DNA of 39,688 nt, from positions 1 to 39,688 of the forward strand of contig JAUCBJ010005193.1 of the NCBI GenBank assembly GCA_032718475.1, in the 5' to 3' direction. The notes beneath the pieces were generated by a model, which was not told the origin of the DNA, did no database searches, and saw only the letters and a program-made list of their open reading frames with translations. This DNA comes from Nemertoderma westbladi. Lineage: Eukaryota; Animalia; Xenacoelomorpha. Of this stretch, positions 22,891-34,850 are shown piece by piece (position 1 is the first letter of the stretch; each line of letters starts with the position of its first letter). Made by a program: the position numbers and the translations under genes.

Positions 22891-25800
22891 CACTTTGCAC
22901 ACCTTGCGTCGGAATAACAGGTTCGCTGTTGGTGTCCTTGTCTGAGGCAATTATAACACAACCGCTTATCCCACATGACTTCACGTCTATCTTTTAATGA
23001 TTTCTTTAGGAATTCATCACACACAACACTCAAACGGTGGGGCCCGTCACACAGCGCACATTTCGGTTTGATGTTAATTACCTTACTTTGAGTAACGTTG
23101 TGCACACTCGTTCTTTCTTCGGGCTTTCTTACATGAATTCTCTTAGGAGACGTAGGAGGAGTTTTTCTTACCTGTTCTCTCCTGTCATTGGTTCGGGACT
23201 TGAATTTACTTACGTCTTTAGGCGCTTTGTTGACGTAGTAAGATCTTTCAGTATCTTTCCCGCGGTCTTCTTCTTGAGAAGCCTGGCTTTCGCCGTCGTC
23301 GGTATAACACACTGGTGTTACCTTTCTCCTAGAAACGGGTTTCTCACTTACCTTATTTTCCGGTGTCTTCTCTCTGGACTGTTTTAGGAGCTGTAATTTT
23401 ACTTCTCCATCTAAGAATGACATGAGATCAGCCATGGTTGGGTCTCGTCGTTGTTGTTCCATCATATATAACACTTTCTTATCCCAGCGTGTACCTACTC
23501 CACCCTTTGGTAAAGTAGAGGCCACGGCTCCAATAACCATAGAACTCTGATATTCATGAGACTTACCTAGCCAATCTAATTGTCTACAGATCTCCTGAAT
23601 CTCATCGGAAAACTCTATAATCCCGCTGCTAATGAACTTTCGGGGCGCTACCAATTTTGCATACAAATACCTAGCTATGTTATTCCTATTACCATACCTG
23701 ATGTTTAGTGTATCCCAAACTTGTCTTAATCCATCTGGATGTCCAATAAACTTTAACGCCATTAACTTGGGAGATCCTTCCAAGCACTCGATGAGGAATC
23801 TAAGTTTCTCTCCGTTAGATAGCACAGAGTTCTGTATGTTATCTTTGTAATATTCATTAAAAGGTAACCATTTCATCTCATCTCCATTGAACTTGACGAT
23901 CTCTCCCACCTTTACCGCTTGACGGGCTTCGGTTCTAGCCATTTAACGCGTAAAACTTTCTTGGGCCATCATATTATTTAATATCGAGTTATCGGTATAT
24001 AAATTTCTCGGATTATTATCAGGTCTATATGGAATATCATTGTCAACAGGTTTATAATTACCCTTAATAGGGTTTACTATAGGAGTTTCTACTTCACTAG
24101 CAGTATAGATGCGTGTAGGCTCCACACCTTGCGCATGAAATACTTCAGACCTAACAGGTTGACACATTGTTACCGGGGTTGGTGGTATACCCCTTTGGGT
24201 ATTTACTAATTTATCGCGTTCTAACGCGATACTCTGCTGCACTTCTTGCAACTCTAACCTACTTTCCCTTACTGTGCCCTTGAACTGTTGAACAGTCTCC
24301 TGCATCTGCCCGAGCAGGAGATCCATCCCCCGCCGTCTCTCATCCACCCACTCGACCGCCGAAGCGGGAGCCGCCAACATAGTAGCGGGTGGATGGGGGA
24401 CAACGGGCGACAAATCATTGATATTTCGCTCGGAGTCCAGGACAGGAACTGTCTCATGGGCTGTTCTGCTGGGCACAGGTAGTTTAGTGCTATGCAAAGG
24501 GAATTTAGAGGTAGGTTCTGGGAGTACAGGTGTCTCTATCACCGAAGGCGTGGCTTCGAGAACAGGCCTAATTATTTCAGGCTCATCTACTATAGTAGGG
24601 AGTCTTGCTGCCCTAATAATTTGGTCTGTGGGTTCTCTACTACCTAAGTCTGTACTAGCTAGTTGCCTTCTAACAGCTGGGGGCAAATCAGGCAAGTTCT
24701 GACGGTGGGGCATTCTTCTACGCCTGCTTAGACGAGATCTATTTCCTCCGCCTTCAGGATCGGTGGTATCGCCTTCATCAGATGATGTAAATCCCTGCCT
24801 TTTGGGAGTAGATCGACTTATCATCTGCATTTGACTAGCTGTTAACTGTTTATTTATGCAGTCTTGCTTCTCTTGAAGATTTTCCAACTCTAGTTGGGTG
24901 GTCTCTTCAGACGCTCTCCGTTCTGCTTCTGCCACTGCCTCTGCCGCTTTTCTTTCCGCTTCTGCCGCTGCTACCTTTCTTTCCGCCTCTGCCTCTGCCG
25001 CTGCCGCTGCCACCTTTCTTTCAGCCTCTGCCGCTGCCGCTGCCGCTTTTCTTTCAACTTCTGCCGCTGCCGCTGCTGCTGTTTTTCTGTCTTCTATACG
25101 TTTTTTCTTTACTTGTTCTTCTTGGACTCTAGCGATGCGGAGGCGTTCATCAAATTTAGCTTGGTTCGCAGCTAACATTTCCACATCTATTGCGTCCAAC
25201 ACAAGCTTGGCTCCTTCACTATTAGGGCGAAGTCCAGCCAGCCGTCTCCTCAACTCTTCATCACCTAGAAATTGTTGATAGTCTGACAGATAGATGTCAA
25301 TAGCGTCCCTCGTCTGCGGTTTCTCTGCTGTCGCTTCGCTTTCCACTTGAGAAAAGGTAGCGTCTGTTGATTCTCCATGGGTTGAGTGCTCAGCCAGCTG
25401 AGATTTCCACTGGGCCGTTCCTTGAACCTTGAGACCCACCCGCTGGAACCAAGTCTTTACGGCAACTTGCAACGACGTGTCTTGTCTTCTTTTCGAAGCT
25501 TCCTCAAAGGCCGATAAGATTAGTCTGATTCTTAGAATTCTTTCTCGAACTTGATAAAGCAGCTCTCCCTGCTCTTGAGGTCCTTGGGGTTGTTGAAACA
25601 GTTGTTCCTCTAATCGCTCCAAAGAGCTGAAGAATCCCTGTACATATCCTGCTGCTGACCTCTTCCACACAGCTGGATCACTAGTGTCTTTTGTCACTCC
25701 CATCCTGTGTATGTCTTCCCAGGCAGCTTCCGATAAGTCAAACGGGAGTCCGGGTCTGGGGAAGTTCCATTGCGACTCGACAATAGACTTCAGTTCCTCC

Positions 25801-26261
25801 CTTGTGTATCCCGCATAACTATCCTTGGTCGATCGCTTACTTCTCGCCCAATCAATTTGGTGTTCCTCCACCGCAATCAATACCCTAGTGAGTACGGCTG
25901 CAGGAAGGATGAGAAGGGGATCCGAATAAACCGCATCTGCCATCTTTGCTCCACGCTCGGGTGTCAGCTCTACAGTATCCGAACTACTGGAGCTGTCGGG
26001 CCGCTGAGGAATAAGTTCTCGGCTAGGGTGTTGCTGCTGTTTGACAGCTGCTTCTTGATCCCGCTTGACCTGAGCCCGAGTGCCTATGATAGACCTACGG
26101 TGTTGGACTAGCCTAGGGTCTGATACTACTACTGGAGGGATGATCTTTCTTACAGTAGGAGGTGAGTTGAACTTTGGTCTCACACGTTCTACACTCCTGT
26201 CTGGGTCACAGATGGTTGTATCTAGGAGACTGTCTGACAGGTTTTGCTTTGTGTCAGACAT
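22839..26261 (-). pseudogene. gag: BEL/Pao gag with an in-frame stop and a frameshift
   Basis: A 772-aa N-terminal ORF, TAA at 23943-23945, then in-frame capsid-like KFNGDEMKWLPF and knuckles CALCDGPHRLSVVC and CYNCLRQGHQQRTC. The third knuckle CAK/CKVHHILLH is split by a frameshift near 22885. Confidence 0.92.
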
Positions 26262-26397
26262 GTTTGTTTATACAGTTGAATGCCTACTGCTATAATTATA
26301 GTTAAAGCAAGTCTAGTAATTCAGTATCACTGTTAGCCTAGTAATTAATTACCGATATCGTTACTCTATGTAACGCGATATATATACACAATATATT

Positions 26398-26651
26398 AGA
26401 ATACCGGTATACACTTATAGTATATATATAAGTATTATTACAGACTAGGTTTGTCACAGAATACCGGTATATAATTTCAGCTCAAATATATAGAAATATA
26501 TAATAAGCCTATCGTGAATACCGGTATACAGCTTGCACTTATAGTATATATAAGTATTATTACAGACTAGATTTGTCACAGAATACCGGTATATAATTTC
26601 AGCTTAAATTTATATAAATAAATATAATAAGCCTATTGTAAATACCGGTAT
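26398..26651. repeat. About 120-bp tandem duplication in the retroelement leader
   Basis: AATACCGGTAT occurs five times; the block CACTTATAGTATATA...CAGACTAG...TTTGTCACAGAATACCGGTATATAATTTCAGCT occurs twice. Confidence 0.85.
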
Positions 26652-28168
26652 GTCAATTATTTTAGAATAATTGAATTTCTGAATTTTTAGGGGTTACTTT
26701 ACTTTACTTTATTACCGTTATTTAAGCAGTAGTCCAACTGATATTAAGACCTAATTGATGTATGACAGGCCTACTGTTTTATAAATCGGTTTGAGTTGAT
26801 TTATAATATATATATATATACCCTGTAATGGGTTTTGTCAATATTTGAAATAAATGTTATTATTTCTGGGAAGGAGTCACTACACAGAAGCTGTACACTC
26901 TCAGTGAAGTGCTACTTGTTGGACACTAAAACAAATAATTCTAATTTACTAAGTTACTTATTACTACAAATTATGTACAATTCGGGGTGAGATTACAATC
27001 TCTAAATAAACACAAAAATTACACGTACGAATTTTTAGGGTTAATTTTACAAGAAATCTACAAACCAGCCTAACAAAGGGTTAGAATATCTGGTTATTAC
27101 AAACGGACAGGATAATACGGTATTTGAAAGTAATAAAGCTGTAGTAAATATACTGCGTTGTCCAGATAGGAAAAATACCACCGTCTGACGACTTATAGCC
27201 GTAGCGCTATAAGTACTACGTTATGTTTCACGGAGTGTTCCTACCTAGAAGTTAATTACCGCGGCCTACCAGAGCCAACGTGCCTATTAACCACTTTACA
27301 ACACAAATATACTGCCTACACACTAATCACCTTCGGAAAGCACTGTACACTAAACCCTAAATTAGGTACAAGTACTTATACAACAAATAACCAGCAGTTA
27401 AAAATACTTGTACAGCTAAAAGAACCACGGTATCTGCCGGAGTGACCAAAGCATAAAATCTCCAGTCTTTACCTACGCCAAACAGCCCTGATGTAGTACC
27501 GGGGTTAATTTAACTATAACGGTATGTATAACAAGCACTATTACTGTAGGAATAAACTTGGGGTTTGTGAATGTTGCGAATAATCGCATAAACTCTGAAT
27601 AATAAATATTATGCTACCCGTACAGACTACACAAACAAAATACAGACCAAACGCTGGCAGACTACTATCAAGCCTAAATAAACTACAGTATATGCAGACT
27701 CCGAAATGGTTAGTTAGTATGAGTTCTAACCGAGTAGTACGACTTATTCTTTCGGGGGGATTTACCTTACAGCACTGGATGCCCACCACGTTCCTAACTA
27801 GTACTTTATCGGACATACACTCTACACACACTGCAATCTCTGCAGACTTAACAACAGTCAGACAACAGTCCAGCCTACAAATTACCTGTACAATCTGAGC
27901 AGGCTTACACGCCTTCTGCTCAATATTAACTTACAAATAAATAAAACTGACAGAAATAAGTAAAATCCCAATAAAAAACCAGGGCGGGCCCTCCCTGATT
28001 AAATATCAAGACCTACCGGTATATAATTATCAAAATCGAATAATACTGATGTACCTGTACTGCTATAAGTACCGGTTCGGGTGGTTAGGTAGTCAGGCCT
28101 ACTGGTTACCGGTCGACTGGTACTTCAGCTTTATTGCCTACACTGCAATCAGAAGAAATAACTGTTAT

Positions 28169-29330
28169 TGTTCGCGCTTTTAGACCTTTGGCAGTTTAAC
28201 CTGCCAAATTTAGGTGTCTTCTAGGTTATAAATCGACTTTAGCCTATGACAAGTATTTGATACACTACATTAGCCGTAGCCAGCCTATGCGCGACCATTC
28301 ACCCGCTGGATTTACCCGGGAGACTGGATTCGGAAGCTCGGACCTTATTGCTGTGTAGGCCTACTGTATCATTCGATTGATCGTTAATATATAATCTCTG
28401 ACAAATATTATTCACTTTCGGGAAATATCAACAGTTCCTTTTTGACGCGGCGCTCTAAGTATGTAAACAGAGTTATGACTTACACTAAACACAACAGGAT
28501 GGCTATTGATTCACGTATAAAGCGCATTCTTTAGGAGATGCTTTGTTATCTATCAAACTCATGCACACTACCGCACAATGCTGCACACCGATCTGCCGAC
28601 CTTCACTAATTTTAGTCACATATAAAGAGAACAGCAACCGACACATGTAGGGCCTATGAAATAGCATTAAATTCACTCCAAAACCAATATAATGTAAGTC
28701 GCAATTGCTATATGTAACCGGTCTCTCACCTTCAGTATATCAAGAAGATTGGGGTTTTACGATTATTTATTGATATTCTCCAAATATAACAATATTCCAT
28801 CAACTGATACAATTAATAACCGACAGTAAATAGCAGTAAAATAATGCGGTGCAAGGTATGTATATGTACTGAGTTGGTTTGATATGGTTTGATAACAGTT
28901 ATACGTTTCTATGATCAAAGCCGTTCTAATGTTTGGCTAAAGTCTGAAACACAGAATAATTCCACAGCCGGTGTTCTAGGCTTAGGAAAAATACACACTG
29001 ACTGAATTGCGTGAGTTTCTATATGCACTGTCCAACGCAAAGAAAATTGCTCTGATTGGTCGAGTGAGCCGAACAAAGAAAGCCAAAAGCTCCACGTGGA
29101 CATATCAGCGGATAGATGTCGTCATCTGAACTATACTGTATCAAGAGTATTTTGGCGTATTGCGGCATAAAATCGCTAGTTATGTCCGCTAAAGTACACA
29201 TACAGAAAAATGGCTTTTTATGTCCATTAAAACACCTACACAGTAAGAAAACGGCTTTTTATGTCCGCTAAAACACCTACAGAGTACTTTGCGGGAAAAA
29301 TGACTAGCTAGATCCGCAAAAGCCTTTACA
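28169..29330 (-). repeat. 5' LTR of the BEL/Pao element (1162 bp)
   Basis: Minus strand TGTAAAGG...GCGCGAACA; direct repeat of 13670-14831. Confidence 0.97.
28997..29098 (-). promoter_or_regulatory. Candidate LTR promoter (E-box, CCAAT, TATA-like, Inr-like)
   Basis: In minus-strand order: CACGTG 29093-29098, CCAAT 29055-29059, TATAGAAA 29016-29023, TCAGTCAGT 28997-29005; AATAAA lies downstream at 28766-28771. Motif matches only. Confidence 0.45.
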
Positions 29331-29734
29331 GGCCTGATCTGATAAGAAATGAATATTTAATTTCGCGACAATTTTATTCAATAATTTCGGGGATTTTCTT
29401 ATAGAAAAGCAACGCGTGGCTAATTTTATCTAAAAGTTGGTACCCCGTGTTATTTTTTTGCGCTCTTTCTATTTTCGACTGTGTTCGATTGTGTTCGGCA
29501 GTTTTTGGAGTGTGTTCGGTTGTGTTCTACTGTGTTCGCTTGTGTTCTGTAAAAAGATATATTCCAATTAACCTTCATACGTACCTTATTCTAATTTGTA
29601 TTGGTGTCCCTTGGGGTCGTTTGCGACCCCAGTATATTTTACTATTAAAATAGGTACAAGTTCCATAATATTTTTAAATATTAGAATACTCCTACATTAA
29701 TTGACATTTTTAAAACATATCAACAATCTTGGAA

Positions 29735-30120
29735 ACTTCGCGCAGCACGTGAAGTATATTTCGTACTACATAAATAAAAGCATTTTATAGTTTATTAAAA
29801 TTCTTCAAGTAATTGGTGGATCACCCAAAAGGATATTTTAATGATGATAGTGTAATTTAAATATTATTTGCCTATAAACAAACTGGATACCCTCTCATTT
29901 TGTCTCAATCTAGCATGTAAATATGACAAACCCTACCAACCCACCCTCCCACCCCATTGCCCAATTTACCCATTGTTCAAGTAAGCATTTAAATTTGGCT
30001 ACTATTGAAACATAATATTCAATATTATTCAATGTAATTCGTAGTGTGCTGTATATTACAGCAGAGATCCTATGCAGTTCGTACACGTTCGTGGGGCCTT
30101 CGCGCAGCACGAGGCCCAGT
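29735..30120 (+). mobile_element. Possible non-autonomous Helitron-like insertion inside the piggyBac
   Basis: CTTCGCGCAGCACG at both ends; the 3' copy sits in a GC hairpin GGGCCT...AGGCCC. Confidence 0.35.
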
Positions 30121-31235
30121 TATTAGATACAAATTAAAATTGAGCGACTGTACACAAAATCAGGTTTTGAGAAATTTACCCACACCACCAATCAATCCAA
30201 GAAAGGGGGACAGTACGTGTTCACCCCTTTTAATCTCTCCACCCCCCCACCCTTCCCAACCACCAATACATAACCGCGACATCTACCACCCACGGAAGGG
30301 TAGAACGAACTTATTTCCAATCGCACGTTCAATATGCAAAGCCAGGTGGTGTATAGGAATATAATCAACGCCGTACTCGTCTTAATTATTATAAGCGTCG
30401 TTGCGCTCGTCCTGTTTTGTATTTAAATATATTTCCTAAACGCAGACTGGCAATCTTTATAACTATGGATACGTGCTATATGCGAAACCAGGAATGGTTT
30501 ATAGGAATATAATCAATGCAGAACGCAGTACTAAATTCAGTCGATGCCGTAATGATATTCAAATAATTAATTTAATACCAGTACCCTCTGTTAATGCCTC
30601 AGTGTAAAAACAAGACAATTCAACTACAAAGAAATCCCATCAAAAAATAATAAGCCCAATATTTATGAGGAAAAAACAAGTATGGATATAAATAAGTCTT
30701 CTGCAGTGGTAAAATGTTATTGACTGACATTTATTAAACGAGATCTGTCTAACACGGCAATAACACAATAATAGACTGAATAGTAGGGAATTCAGATTTC
30801 CATCTCGTTAGCTAGCTATGGCCAATCTGTCTACCGGCCTGTACACATGTGGTTACTTACATTCGCATTCCCATTGAAGAGCAACTGGCTGTTCTACACA
30901 CACCAAACATCCTTCCTATCTTATGTACCAGCACCGAGCCAACTTGGATGTTAACCAATAAATGAGCAGTATTTAATGAGAATCAATTTTTTATACCGTT
31001 TTAATTACTTTAGATCAATTAAAGACACAATTATTAAAGCAAATCACTTGAACTAATTAAAAACTATAATAGAAAGGAGTATGTGGATTACATCTGTATA
31101 ATTTTTAAGTATAATTATTTAAATCTTATACTGTAAAACAATTAATTTCCTTTAAAAGGCAGGTTGAAAATGGTGTTTTCACCGTAATCAACTTAATTAA
31201 CTAATTAACTGCTATTATCTTAGCTTCTCGAAGGC

Positions 31236-31425
31236 CACACGGAAATTCTACTTGGAAAATTTCAAAACTTTTGCCAAACAACATGTGTACCAAGTTTGGA
31301 TAGATTTCATCAAAGATTGGCCGAGTTATTAACGTTTAAAATTGAACACGACAGAACGACAGAACGACAGGTTGATTAATGGTACCACTACGCTAAGGCT
31401 CACTCACTTCGTGGCTCGCCCCACA
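31236..31425 (+). mobile_element. 3' part of an interspersed repeat (DINE/HINE Helitron-like), copy 1
   Basis: TGTACCAAGTTTGGATA...GAGTTATTAACGTTTAAAATTG, a short ACGACAGA repeat and terminal CGCCCCACA; clearly homologous to 36400-36613. Confidence 0.65.
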
Positions 31426-33234
31426 TAGCAACTGCGTGGGCTTGACAGGCAAAGTTCTTACATTTCGTGCATACTAGTACAGTTTTTACATCACTGGCTC
31501 GGTCATGTAATGAGCAACGACGGCGCTTGTGGTCGTGGTTGCATTCAGAAATGGAGGAGTATGACGTTGAATTTCCGGAAGTTCTCTCATCTTCTTGGGT
31601 ATGGGCGACGTTAATGATATCAATAGCGGCTTGTGACCGTGGCATAGTGGATCTGGCCATCATAAATGGCCTAATAAGTTCGCGGCTAAGGCGTTCTAGA
31701 AATAATCGTCGTCTGTAAAGCTTTCCTTTCTTCCAATCAGGGAATAGCTCAACCAATATAATGTAAGCATTATAGGCTGGAATATCTACCATGTTGCTGA
31801 ATACAGCCACTGGCCATCGGCGTGTCTTCCTCTTTACAGTATAAGTAGACAAACACTTGTCAGCCGAATCTACACCTCCTTTATATTTATTGTAGAAAAG
31901 TATTATATCTGGTTTCTTGTCAGCACGATTACTATTGACAGATGCACGCGGTACTCATCATCGTCACAACCTTATCTTTTTGCGACAATATGATAGAATG
32001 GTTGTATCATCTCTATGTCCAAATATTGAGCTGCACAGAACTCGGTTCTTGGGATCAACAAACTCCTTCGGTAATTCGGGCTTATTCTATCTGACTGTGC
32101 CAACTAATGTTTGATTGCGTTTCTTTAGTAACTGTCCCAAATTATACGATGTATAAAAATTATCAGTAGTAATATTTCTCCCAGACAAACCTTCAGTTAG
32201 CTGCAAAACAACCCTCTGGCCCTGGTTGCTGGTTCACTTCACGTTTATCCTGCCGTCCTATATAAGGTTGTAAATTCCATATATAACTCAGCATGCCTGT
32301 GACAGCAACCCAAAACTTGATGCCATATTTAGCTGGTTTATTAGGCATGTATTGTCTGAAAGAACACCTTCCTCTAAATTTCAGTAACTGTTCATCAACA
32401 CGCAGATTTTCATTGGGAACGTAAGCAAATGGCAGTTGTTTTACAAATTTATCCCATATGGTTCTAATAGCAGCAAACTTATCTAAGTCTCGGCGACGCC
32501 CTTTCTTATCATCAAATCTCAAAAATCTACATATTTCTCTAAAACGTTTTATTGGCATGGTCACTGGAAATATTGCGTTACCCGACTCCGCTGACCATAA
32601 TTGGTCAACAGCTTCTCCAGCTGAACGGAAAACTCCAGCTAAAATATGTAACCCCGGGTATGCATTAAACTCATCATAGGTTAGCAGTTTCCAGTTATCC
32701 CCCAACTTACTTGTAGCCTCCGTATTAGTCATCTCAATAACCATACTTGTTGTAATGCTCAAAGTTATAAAGATATAAAATGTGTTCAAAATATCAGTAC
32801 AATTGGTAATGGCATATCTGGTTGGACCGGGTTTATTCCAAATAATATTTCTTTGCTGAGACTTGTTATTATAAATCGTTTTTTTGCTCCATATGATACG
32901 TTTATCTATATTCTTTTTCGAGTGTCGAGAATAATAAAATTCCTCTGAATCATCGTTAGATCGAGTAGATCTTGAAGAACTGGAAGAATCGCTATCCTCA
33001 TCCTCGCTATCCCTTCCAGAATCGTCGCTGCCATCTGCCTCATCGATAGGGATTTCTCCATCCGATTCTTCAGCACTGGAATTGCTGAAATCATGATCGT
33101 CCTCATCTCCTGATGTTTCTGCTCCATGTGATATACAAGGAGAACTCTTCCGAAACCAGTGGGCGTGTAACCGCGCAAATTCCAATGAAATCCACACGTG
33201 CAGATCTTATTCGTTTAGGGTATTGCTTACTCAT
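31424..33234 (-). pseudogene. piggyBac transposase pseudogene (PGBD-like)
   Basis: Acidic N-terminus; VDEQLLKFRGRCSFRQYMPNKPAKYGIKFW; ITTDNFYTS near 32150-32175; YNKYKGGVDSADK near 31860-31895; KRKTRRWP; C-terminal Cys-rich domain. Several frameshifts. Confidence 0.93.
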
Positions 33235-33852
33235 AGCTGATTACTACAATTGAGGATAATTATATTGATAATAGGATATAAATATTTTAATATGATTGTT
33301 TTTGGCCTACTTTATGTTGTGATACTGTGATAGCTATGTTGGCAATTCAGCTCTCGTCTGCTTGTAGAACAGAAACAGTACAACTACTGCACTGAAATAG
33401 AAAACTGGTTTCAAATTTCCCTCGTTTTTAAAGGAAATTATATAGTATTTTAATAAGACTTTCATTGGGGTCGAAAATGACCCCAAGGACAATTACCGTA
33501 ATTTATCGATTTACTCCATTACATGTTTTTCTATTGAAATTAAATTTATATCGCAATGAAGTAGTTGTGTGGGTATGGCATTCCTGAAATTTTAGCCTAG
33601 TAGCACAAATCAATCTTGAGATATAGCAAATACAATACTGCTTTGGGGTCGTTTTCGACCCCAGGGACGTATGAAGGTTTTTTCCCATGACATACTATAG
33701 ATACGACCCGCCAAGCTGCTGCAAAGCCCCTAAATTTAGTGGGCCAGTTATTTCTCTTAGATAGAACCCCTGAAACAATACGTCTAGTGCGTCAAAAGAA
33801 CTTGTCCCTAACTAAAATGTTGCCCTCTTTCAGATGAGACAAATACTGTACA

Positions 33853-34140
33853 AATAAATAATAATAATAAATGATATTTGTATTTGGTGTTGCAGGCGCC
33901 CTTAGGGAGTATTTACACTCTTATCAGGGCGCCTACAGCTGCCGCACTAATCTAATTTACAATTACCGGTAAACAAAAGGGTTTTCAGTTCGCGCCTAAA
34001 TGAGTCATAGGTCATCATGGATTCAGTTGATCGGGTCGATGGCGGTAGTTTATTCCACAAACGAGGGGCAAACGAGTAGAAGCTCTTCGATGCTAGGGTG
34101 TTTATCACAAGTGGGACAGAAGGCTTTGAGAGATTGCTGG
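33853..34140 (-). mobile_element. 5'-truncated L2/CR1-type LINE 3' end nested in the P-like element
   Basis: Translates KSFYSFAPRLWNKLP...SFRRELKTLLF, typical of the ORF2 C-terminus. 3' UTR stem AGGCGCCCT/AGGGCGCCT and an (ATT)n tail on the minus strand. Confidence 0.8.
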
Positions 34141-34569
34141 AATAAATAATAAAAATTGAATAACTCCAGTAGTTTTCGAGATATGAGGAGTTCTTGGCTC
34201 CCATACCATATCAACACCTTTCGGAATTGATAATTACACAAAATACATCACCCTTCAAAGACTTGGGTATAACCATGAAACCATACTATGCTTTTTTGAT
34301 TTGTTGAATTCATTATTTTGTAATTGAAAGCACGATTAGAAGCAAAATTTTCATTTTTTTATCAATATAATATTCTAAAAGAGCACCAAAAGTGCAAGTA
34401 GCACTTTTTTCAAAAGTGGTAATTCGCCGTACAGTTTTGCTACTGAGGTTTTAGAATGTGCTGATTTCATTGGGGAGATTTATTAATCTACATCAAACAT
34501 ATCGAAGAGTTGTGTAATATAACAACATAGACAGACATTGATATATTAGTTACTGTATTAGTCAGTTAT

Positions 34570-34850
34570 GAGCACGAAAAAAACAAGTTGTGGAAATATG
34601 ATAATGAAAAATCACCCGAAAACAAATTGATTATATGACCATATAGGTGTTTTGGGATGCTGATCACGAATATGACACTGAAAAATATCATACCTTGTTG
34701 ATCACGGCTTTTTTCGATTCTTTGTCAATGTGCGGCACGAAAAATAAAAGTGTAGCACAAATTTGATAATCAAAAATCATTACCGAATCAACCTGATTTT
34801 ATGCCATTATGGGTTTTCAGGGACGCTGATCACGAATATGACATTCATAA
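34570..34850. repeat. Imperfect direct repeat of about 165 bp inside the P-like element
   Basis: GCTGATCACGAATATGACA at about 34659 and 34825; GCACGAAAAA at about 34572 and 34735. Confidence 0.7.

Larger units (their letters stand above)
13670..29330 (-). mobile_element. Full-length BEL/Pao LTR retrotransposon, 15,661 bp
   Basis: Direct LTRs with TG...CA ends and a 5-bp TSD GGCCT at 13665-13669 and 29331-29335. Domain order is gag (three Cys/His knuckles)-PR-RT-RH-IN with Pao-type motifs. Confidence 0.97.
12380..29557. mobile_element. Non-autonomous DNA transposon with about 220-bp TIRs, interrupted by the BEL element (superfamily unassigned)
   Basis: The left arm (12380-12468 plus 13060-13260) is the reverse complement of 29339-29557 (TCTTTTTACAGAACACAAGCGAACAC ... 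TTCTTATCAG). Subterminal CGAACAC repeats are present. Confidence 0.8.
29572..33677 (-). mobile_element. piggyBac DNA transposon, decayed, with internal insertions
   Basis: TTAA (29568-29571) then CCTTCATACGT; inverted ACGTATGAAGG ends at 33677. Subterminal palindromes TGGGGTCG...GACCCCA at about 29612, 33466 and 33643. The right-hand TTAA is missing. Confidence 0.88.

Noticed and set aside
22839-22950. Programmed gag-pol frameshift
   Set aside because: The shift falls inside the third zinc knuckle and BEL/Pao gag-pol is normally one ORF, so an indel is more likely.
18936-26295. Plus-strand ORFs within gag-pol
   Set aside because: Antisense shadows of the retroelement coding region with no recognisable motifs.
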